Below are positions 6,443-11,585 of a stretch of DNA of 11,585 nt, piece after piece (positions within the stretch are counted from its first letter, which is position 1; each line of letters starts with the position of its first letter). Location: contig JBKBOT010000039.1 in NCBI GenBank assembly GCA_046293555.1, positions 1-11,585 on the forward strand, written 5' to 3'. Origin of the DNA: Pyrobaculum sp. Lineage in GTDB: Archaea > Thermoproteota > Thermoprotei > Thermoproteales > Thermoproteaceae. The translations under genes and the position numbers were made by a program. The notes below the pieces were generated by a model. That model was not told where the DNA came from and ran no database searches. It was given only the letters and a program-made list of their open reading frames with translations.

Positions 6443-7849
6443 TTACCTCGTGAGAATCTCGGAGGGAGTTAAGAGCTTTTTTATAGTATATATCGCCAGC
6501 TGTCTGAAGGGCTGTGATATAACGGCCATGGTTAAATAGGCAGGCGCCGTGTAGTATGCGGCGTGTAACGCGGCGTCTACAACGGCGTTAATCACCTCGA
6601 CGCGTGGGGTGTGGGGGAGTGGGGGGAGCAGCGTGGTGACCCCCAGCGCCAACGCGGTGGGGAGGTACAGCCTTGTGGCCAGAGCCCTTCTTATCTCTAC
6701 ATATCTCAACTTGACGGCTAGCGTGTATAGTCCCCAAATTGTGCCGGCGGCGGCGAGGCCGACGGCGCCGTGGTGCAACACGGCGAGGTAGTGTAGTATG
6801 GCTACCGCAGGCGTGGCCGCAAGCTCTAACGCCAGCGCCCTCGACGGCTTGTCTCTAGTGGAGATAATTGTCTTCTTCTCCTCGGCCATTAGTGTGGGCC
6901 AGGCGTGATGTAGGGCGAAGCCCCATAGTATTAACGCAATGGCGTTTATCCTCACGGCTGTCAACAAGGCGTCGTTTTCCACCTCCTGTGGCCTGAGGAG
7001 GGCGAGAAATACCTGGGGCGAGTTGAGCATAGTGGCAGACACCGCCAGTAGGACTGCGGTATATATTGCGCCGTCTATCAACGCCCTTCTCTCCACGCCG
7101 CTGGTGAGCATGGAGCCGTACATCAACGGCACGATGGACAACGCAGGGTACAAGGCTTTAGACATCTGGAAGAGAAGCATGTTGTAATAAAGGGCGGTGT
7201 CCCCGCCAGCTGCCGCAATGGCGTAGACCACCGTGGAGCCGGCTAGGGTGGTTAACAACACCAACGTCTGGAAGGGGGCGCCTGCGGCCAACGTCTTGAA
7301 GGTCTTGAGGTTTAGCCTCGGCCTGGCCCGCACTGCCAGCGCCGTGGGTAACGACATGAGGGCGTTGAGGAGGAGTACAGACGCCGCCGTGGGCCACATG
7401 CGGACTGCCCACACGCCCCCCATCTTTATTGCCTGCGCCGCGAGGCTGAGGAGGGCGGAGAGCCGCTGTCTGTGTACTGAAAGGTAGGCGGCGGCGGGGG
7501 TAGTGGAGAGGAGCGTGACGGCTAGATAGAGCGTCAATATTTCTAACCCGGCGGCGAGCCAGGGGGAGAAGAGGAGTATATAAAACACGCCGGCTGCCCA
7601 ACCCACTGCGGCCAGGATGAGACCGGCTGCGAGAAGTTCGCCGTAGGCATTTGGCTCTCTTGACAATATGCGGGGGTACCACGCAGAGGCGTAGCCGGCG
7701 ACAGTTGTGGCAATCGCCACGGCTGTGTTTACCACAGCCAACAGCGCCAGGTCTTGTGGCAGCAGGCGGCGGGTGACCACAAGTGCGAACATAAACGACG
7801 CCACTAGCGACACGACGCCTGACGCCAGCGCGATAGCTCTAGAGCCCAC
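6443..7849 (-). CDS. Wzx/MOP-superfamily oligosaccharide flippase-like membrane protein
   Basis: 468 aa and hydrophobic throughout. The N-terminal FALVVTRRLLPQDLALL resembles the 'xxRxLgpeeyG' element of polysaccharide exporters. It is divergent from glycosyltransferase genes. Confidence 0.72.
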   Translation of the reverse strand: MGSRAIALASGVVSLVASFMFALVVTRRLLPQDLALLAVVNTAVAIATTVAGYASAWYPRILSREPNAYGELLAAGLILAAVGWAAGVFYILLFSPWLAAGLEILTLYLAVTLLSTTPAAAYLSVHRQRLSALLSLAAQAIKMGGVWAVRMWPTAASVLLLNALMSLPTALAVRARPRLNLKTFKTLAAGAPFQTLVLLTTLAGSTVVYAIAAAGGDTALYYNMLLFQMSKALYPALSIVPLMYGSMLTSGVERRALIDGAIYTAVLLAVSATMLNSPQVFLALLRPQEVENDALLTAVRINAIALILWGFALHHAWPTLMAEEKKTIISTRDKPSRALALELAATPAVAILHYLAVLHHGAVGLAAAGTIWGLYTLAVKLRYVEIRRALATRLYLPTALALGVTTLLPPLPHTPRVEVINAVVDAALHAAYYTAPAYLTMAVISQPFRQLAIYTIKKLLTPSEILTR

Positions 7850-7864
7850 ACGTGAACAAACTGG

Positions 7865-7902
7865 CTTAATAAAATGTGGGCCGCTGTATTTAAATATGCG
7901 GC
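7865..7902. promoter_or_regulatory. Divergent promoter between flippase and GT2 operon
   Basis: 64-nt intergenic region. TTTAAATA (+, 7889-7896) begins 25 nt before ATG 7914. TTTATTAA (-, 7873-7866) begins 24 nt before GTG 7849. Confidence 0.5.
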
Positions 7903-7913
7903 TTTTCTAAAAT

Positions 7914-8819
7914 ATGTCGCGGGTCTTTACCGTGTCGGTTGTTGTGCCTACTAGAGATAGGGTGGAGTATCTAAAGTCGTGTGTAGAGAGTTTAGCTAGA
8001 CAAAGCCACCCCATCGACGAGTTGGTTATTGTAGATAGCTCCGTGGGTAGGGAGACTGAGGAATTTGTAAAAAAGTTAAGACCGCCCTTCAAGGTGGTGT
8101 ACATTAGGGAGAGGGTGGGTACCGCCAAGGCGAGAAACTTGGGGATAGAGGCCGCGTCGGGAGACATAGTTATTTTTACAGACGACGACGTGGTGTTAGA
8201 TAGAGACTACGTGAAAGAAGTATTAAAAATATTTGCGGCGGGTAGAGGGAAGGTCGGGGGGGTTGGGGGGATGTTGATTGTGGAGGGGGAGGGAGATGGG
8301 GGGAGGTCGCTAAGGCTCCTTCCCACGTACGTGTTTAACCTCGCGTTCCTTAGAGGCTCCTGGCGGCGTGGGGCTGTCCTCCCCTCTGGATTCCCCACGA
8401 GGTTTCCCGACACGTTGTCTATAGTGGAACATCTAGACACTAGCAACGCCGCCTTTAGGCGGGAGGTGTTGAAAGAATTTAGGTTTGACGAGAGGCTTGA
8501 GGAGTTGAGTAGATACGCCATGTGGGAGGCGCTAGATTTCTCCTACGGCGTCAGTAGGAAGTATCTGCTAGTTATAAACCCAAGGGCGAAGGCCATACAT
8601 AGACGCGCGCCCACCTCTCGTGTCGACTACCTACAGTACAACCGAGTATATGTATACAACCTGTACTACATCGTAAAAAAACATAAACTCAGCCGCCTGG
8701 CCTTCTGGTGGTCTATATTCGGCCTCTTGCTTAAACACGCCATAAGAGGCATATTGTGGAAAGAAGACCGTATAAGATTCCGCGGTTTAGTTGAGGGAAT
8801 TAGAGAGATAGTCAAATGA
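7914..8819 (+). CDS. Glycosyltransferase family 2 (GT-A fold)
   Basis: VSVVVPTRDR, LVIVDSS, ARNLGIEAASGDIVIFTDDD (DxD motif), AFRREVL...FDE. Confidence 0.93.
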   Translation: MSRVFTVSVVVPTRDRVEYLKSCVESLARQSHPIDELVIVDSSVGRETEEFVKKLRPPFKVVYIRERVGTAKARNLGIEAASGDIVIFTDDDVVLDRDYVKEVLKIFAAGRGKVGGVGGMLIVEGEGDGGRSLRLLPTYVFNLAFLRGSWRRGAVLPSGFPTRFPDTLSIVEHLDTSNAAFRREVLKEFRFDERLEELSRYAMWEALDFSYGVSRKYLLVINPRAKAIHRRAPTSRVDYLQYNRVYVYNLYYIVKKHKLSRLAFWWSIFGLLLKHAIRGILWKEDRIRFRGLVEGIREIVK

Positions 8820-9730
8820 TCAGCGCTTTGATCTTCTCGATGAATGAAGTGGAGGAGGTGACACGGCTGACAGAAAGGCTCAAGGGTTATGTAGACGAGA
8901 TCGTGATTGTAGATTCGTCAGATAGAGAGAAGTTTGAGGAGCTGAAAAGACGTCTGCCGTATGCCAGAATATACTGGCTTCCGCCAATAGGTATGGCCGA
9001 CTTGTATTACAAAATTGGCTTAGAGTTATGTAAAGGGGAGTACATACTCCATCTAGACGGCGATGAAGAGCCAAGCGAAGAACTACTAAAAGACTTACGC
9101 CAAATCGTAAAGAGAGGACGCGTCTTTGCAATAAAGAGAGTAGATCCGGGGGAGGTGGTAGGTGTGTACCTTTTTAGGCTTTTTCATAGAGACCACATAG
9201 TGCCCAACGGCTATATCCACGTGTCATGGGCATCAAAAACGCCGCCAATAAGACTAGACGACCGGTATTATATTGTACACAAGAGGTTTTTCGATTTGTG
9301 GAAACGGATAAGTAAATACACTGAATTTGAAAGCTGGCAATATGGTGCAAAGATCTTGTACTTAAAATACTCCCCCCATTACTTCTATTTCACTTCTAAG
9401 GCTTTGAGATTTCTCGACAAGTTGGCCTTTTTGACTAGACTGGGGACAGTGGGATGGCTTTTGCTCGCACATATTTATTACTTATATAGGACATTACGTT
9501 ACTTACTGAGGCGCGATCCAATCTGGGCGTTGTACTTTCCGCTCATCTATATCCGTCTCTTTAAGGACTTTCGTAAGAAGGTGTTAGCTTGGATTGGGAT
9601 GTGGGATGTGGGCGTCTATAAGTTTCTCGGTCTTGACAGTTATGAAAACGCAGTAAGGAATTTAAAACATTACGGGGACGGGCTACAAAATTTTATAAGG
9701 CTGGTGGAGTCCAGATTGTCTAGATTGTAA
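8816..9730 (+). CDS. Glycosyltransferase family 2 (WaaE/beta-glucosyltransferase-like N-terminal domain)
   Basis: ISALIFSMNE, VDEIVIVDSS, CKGEYILHLDGDEE (DxDE), RLF...GYIH. ATGA overlap with the upstream GT2. Confidence 0.85.
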   Translation: MISALIFSMNEVEEVTRLTERLKGYVDEIVIVDSSDREKFEELKRRLPYARIYWLPPIGMADLYYKIGLELCKGEYILHLDGDEEPSEELLKDLRQIVKRGRVFAIKRVDPGEVVGVYLFRLFHRDHIVPNGYIHVSWASKTPPIRLDDRYYIVHKRFFDLWKRISKYTEFESWQYGAKILYLKYSPHYFYFTSKALRFLDKLAFLTRLGTVGWLLLAHIYYLYRTLRYLLRRDPIWALYFPLIYIRLFKDFRKKVLAWIGMWDVGVYKFLGLDSYENAVRNLKHYGDGLQNFIRLVESRLSRL

Positions 9731-10551
9731 TGGTTTTGGGGGAAGTGTGGGTGTTGTCTATTGTGGCGTTTTTAGTGTCGTTGTTTACATCTACTGTGGG
9801 TGTAAGTGGGGCTTTTCTCCTCTTGCCTTTTCAGGTAAGCGTTCTCGGCTTTATTAGCCCGGCTGTGAGCGGGACTAACTTGGTATACAACCTAATCGCC
9901 ATTCCCAGCGGCGTTTTTCGTTATGTCCGCGAGGGGAGGTTAGTGTGGCCTCTCGTCTGGATTTCGGCGTTAGGCACCCTGCCGGGCGTGTGGCTGGGGG
10001 CCTACGTGAGGGCGTATTGGCTTTCTGACGTCAAGTTGTTTAAGGTGTTTGTGGCTATGGTCCTCTTCTGGCTTGGAGCCCGCCTGCTGTTAGCTAGAGT
10101 GTCTGCCGCCGTGTTGCCTAGGGCGGTGGTGGAGGTGGGGGAGGTGAGTTTCTCTAGAGTTGTCTACAAACTCGGCGGGGTGACGTATTCCTTCAGCCCG
10201 CCTAAGTTGTTTCTAGCGGCGTTTCTAGTGGGGCTCGTGGGTGGGGTGTATGGAATTGGTGGCGGGGCGATACTCTCCCCCGTGTTGGCTGGGTTGTTCA
10301 AGCTGCCTGTTTACACCACCGCCGGCGCCACCCTCTTGTGTACCTTCTTAACGTCGGCGTTTGGCGTGGCGAGTTACTACACGGTGGGCTATCCGCCCCG
10401 TTGGGATATAGGCATTGCGCTGGGGGTCGGCGGGGCGTTTGGCATGTACGCCGGCGCTAGACTCCAGAAACACATCCCCGAAAAGGCGTTGAGAACCCTG
10501 CTAGCACTCACCACACTGGCAATAGCGGCGGGATACATACTGGGACTCTAG
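9730..10551 (+). CDS. TauE/SafE (TSUP) family sulfite/organosulfur exporter
   Basis: 273 aa with an internal two-fold repeat: STVGVSGAFLLLP...AVSGTNL and GVYGIGGGAILSP...TAGATL. C-terminal GMYAGARLQKHIPEKALR. TAATG overlap with the upstream gene. Confidence 0.88.
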   Translation: MVLGEVWVLSIVAFLVSLFTSTVGVSGAFLLLPFQVSVLGFISPAVSGTNLVYNLIAIPSGVFRYVREGRLVWPLVWISALGTLPGVWLGAYVRAYWLSDVKLFKVFVAMVLFWLGARLLLARVSAAVLPRAVVEVGEVSFSRVVYKLGGVTYSFSPPKLFLAAFLVGLVGGVYGIGGGAILSPVLAGLFKLPVYTTAGATLLCTFLTSAFGVASYYTVGYPPRWDIGIALGVGGAFGMYAGARLQKHIPEKALRTLLALTTLAIAAGYILGL

Positions 10552-10720
10552 ACACACGCCACACGACACACGTCGACAGCGGGATCCCCACCCTCTGGCC
10601 GGCGAAACTCACATCTGTAATCCCCCAGCGACTGGCGCCTCGTAGCCATCAACACGGCTGGCGGTTTAAACAATCTGCGAGACGCCATAGAGGGGCTCGG
10701 GGCCGCAGTTTTTTCAAGAA

Positions 10721-10763
10721 CCCGCCTGTCAAGGAGGCGGGGGCTGGAGGGGGGCAGTTCCCC
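10721..10763. repeat. Two GC-rich inverted repeats in the tauE-GT4 convergent gap
   Basis: CCCGCCT-gtcaagg-AGGCGGG (10721-10741, 7-bp perfect stem) and GGGG-cagtt-CCCC (10751-10763). Confidence 0.55.
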
Positions 10764-10806
10764 ACGGCTAGGCCGTCTACTTACTCCCAAAACGTAAGCA
10801 GGGGTT

Positions 10807-11585
10807 TTAAGTCTTTTCTGGGAGGTTTAGGGCTTTTGCGAGGTTTTCTACAAACTTCTCTAGGGTTAACTCTCTGGCTTTCTCCATCCCCTTTTGTGAG
10901 AGTTGGCGCCATAATTTGGCGTCTGTCATTAGTTTGGCTATCTGTTCTACTGCCTCTTCTGCTGTCGTATATCCCAGCCCCCTCTCGCCTTGTTCCGCCA
11001 CGTCTGTCCAAACGCCGCCGCTTTTGTGTATAACTATCGGCAGCCCTCTGGCCATAGCCTCCACAGCCACTATACCCCAGTGTTCGTTTATGGTGGCGTG
11101 GAGAAATGCCCTCGCGTCGTCCATGGCTTTGTTTATCTCTTGGCGGGGGGCATTTGGCGTAAAGAAGACGTGTTTTGCCACGCCGGCTTTTTCTGCCAGT
11201 TTTCTCACATGTTGGTAGTACTGCCTCAACGTGGGGGTTGTGGCTGAGCCGTATATATGTATCTCAACTTCTGGCAGCTCTCTCGCCAGTTTTGGCGCTA
11301 GCTCTGTCACAACCCAGTGGTACCGCTTCTCTTGTGAGAAACGGCCGAGCATAACTACCGCCGGCTTCCTCTCGTCAAAGGTCTTGGGCTTCTGTACCAC
11401 CTCTGTGGTGGGAGGAATTGGGGGGTTTAACACCCTCGGCGCCTCGCCGTAGACCATCTTAGCCACACCGGCAGTCCACCTGGAGTTAGCCAACACCACG
11501 TCAGCCCACCTAAACGGGTTGTCTCGAGCCACATATGGCAGAAGTTTTTGGTATATTTTCCAATATAGGCTGAGGGGGAATTTGC
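10807..11585 (-). CDS. Glycosyltransferase family 4, ALG11-like (5' end outside the window)
   Basis: VLANSRWT, VMLGRFSQEKR, FLHATINEHWGIVAVEAMARG (EX7E motif), HKSGG. The frame stays open upstream of 11532 to the window edge (KFPLSLYWKIYQKLLPYVARD), so the track's start is internal. Confidence 0.9.
   Translation of the reverse strand, partial: KFPLSLYWKIYQKLLPYVARDNPFRWADVVLANSRWTAGVAKMVYGEAPRVLNPPIPPTTEVVQKPKTFDERKPAVVMLGRFSQEKRYHWVVTELAPKLARELPEVEIHIYGSATTPTLRQYYQHVRKLAEKAGVAKHVFFTPNAPRQEINKAMDDARAFLHATINEHWGIVAVEAMARGLPIVIHKSGGVWTDVAEQGERGLGYTTAEEAVEQIAKLMTDAKLWRQLSQKGMEKARELTLEKFVENLAKALNLPEKT

Noticed and set aside
983-11452. Short ORFs nested in or antisense to the main genes (e.g. 983-1222, 1989-2414, 3170-3430, 5128-5501, 5951-6208, 6609-7910, 7907-8521, 8880-9131, 10781-11452)
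   Set aside because: They overlap well-supported genes in other frames and have no motifs of their own.
1-11585. CRISPR array, tRNA, rRNA or intact transposase/integrase
   Set aside because: No regularly spaced repeats, cloverleaf or recombinase motifs were seen by eye. tRNAscan-SE, Infernal or a CRISPR finder would confirm this.

Overview
Archaeal DNA that looks like Thermoproteaceae (Pyrobaculum-like). This is inferred from gene content, frequent AGG/AGA/ATA codons, and TATA-like boxes about 25 nt before start codons. The window interleaves three modules. (1) Surface glycosylation: a DUF1616 protein, a Wzx/MOP-type flippase, two GT2 glycosyltransferases and an ALG11-like GT4 that runs off the right edge. 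(2) Sulfur handling: a type III-like sulfide:quinone oxidoreductase coupled to a DUF1641 protein, a TauE/SafE exporter, and a TusA-family sulfur-carrier gene at 536-754 that the ORF track missed because an in-frame TAA splits it. (3) An AT-rich ABC exporter pair whose ATPase has altered Q-loop, Walker B and H-loop residues, flanked by apparently decayed DNA. Notable non-coding signals are an 18-bp perfect palindrome over the likely DUF1616 start, a dyad over the sqr start, a palindromic divergent promoter, and GC-rich hairpins between tauE and the GT4 gene. No rRNA, tRNA, CRISPR array or intact transposase was seen.
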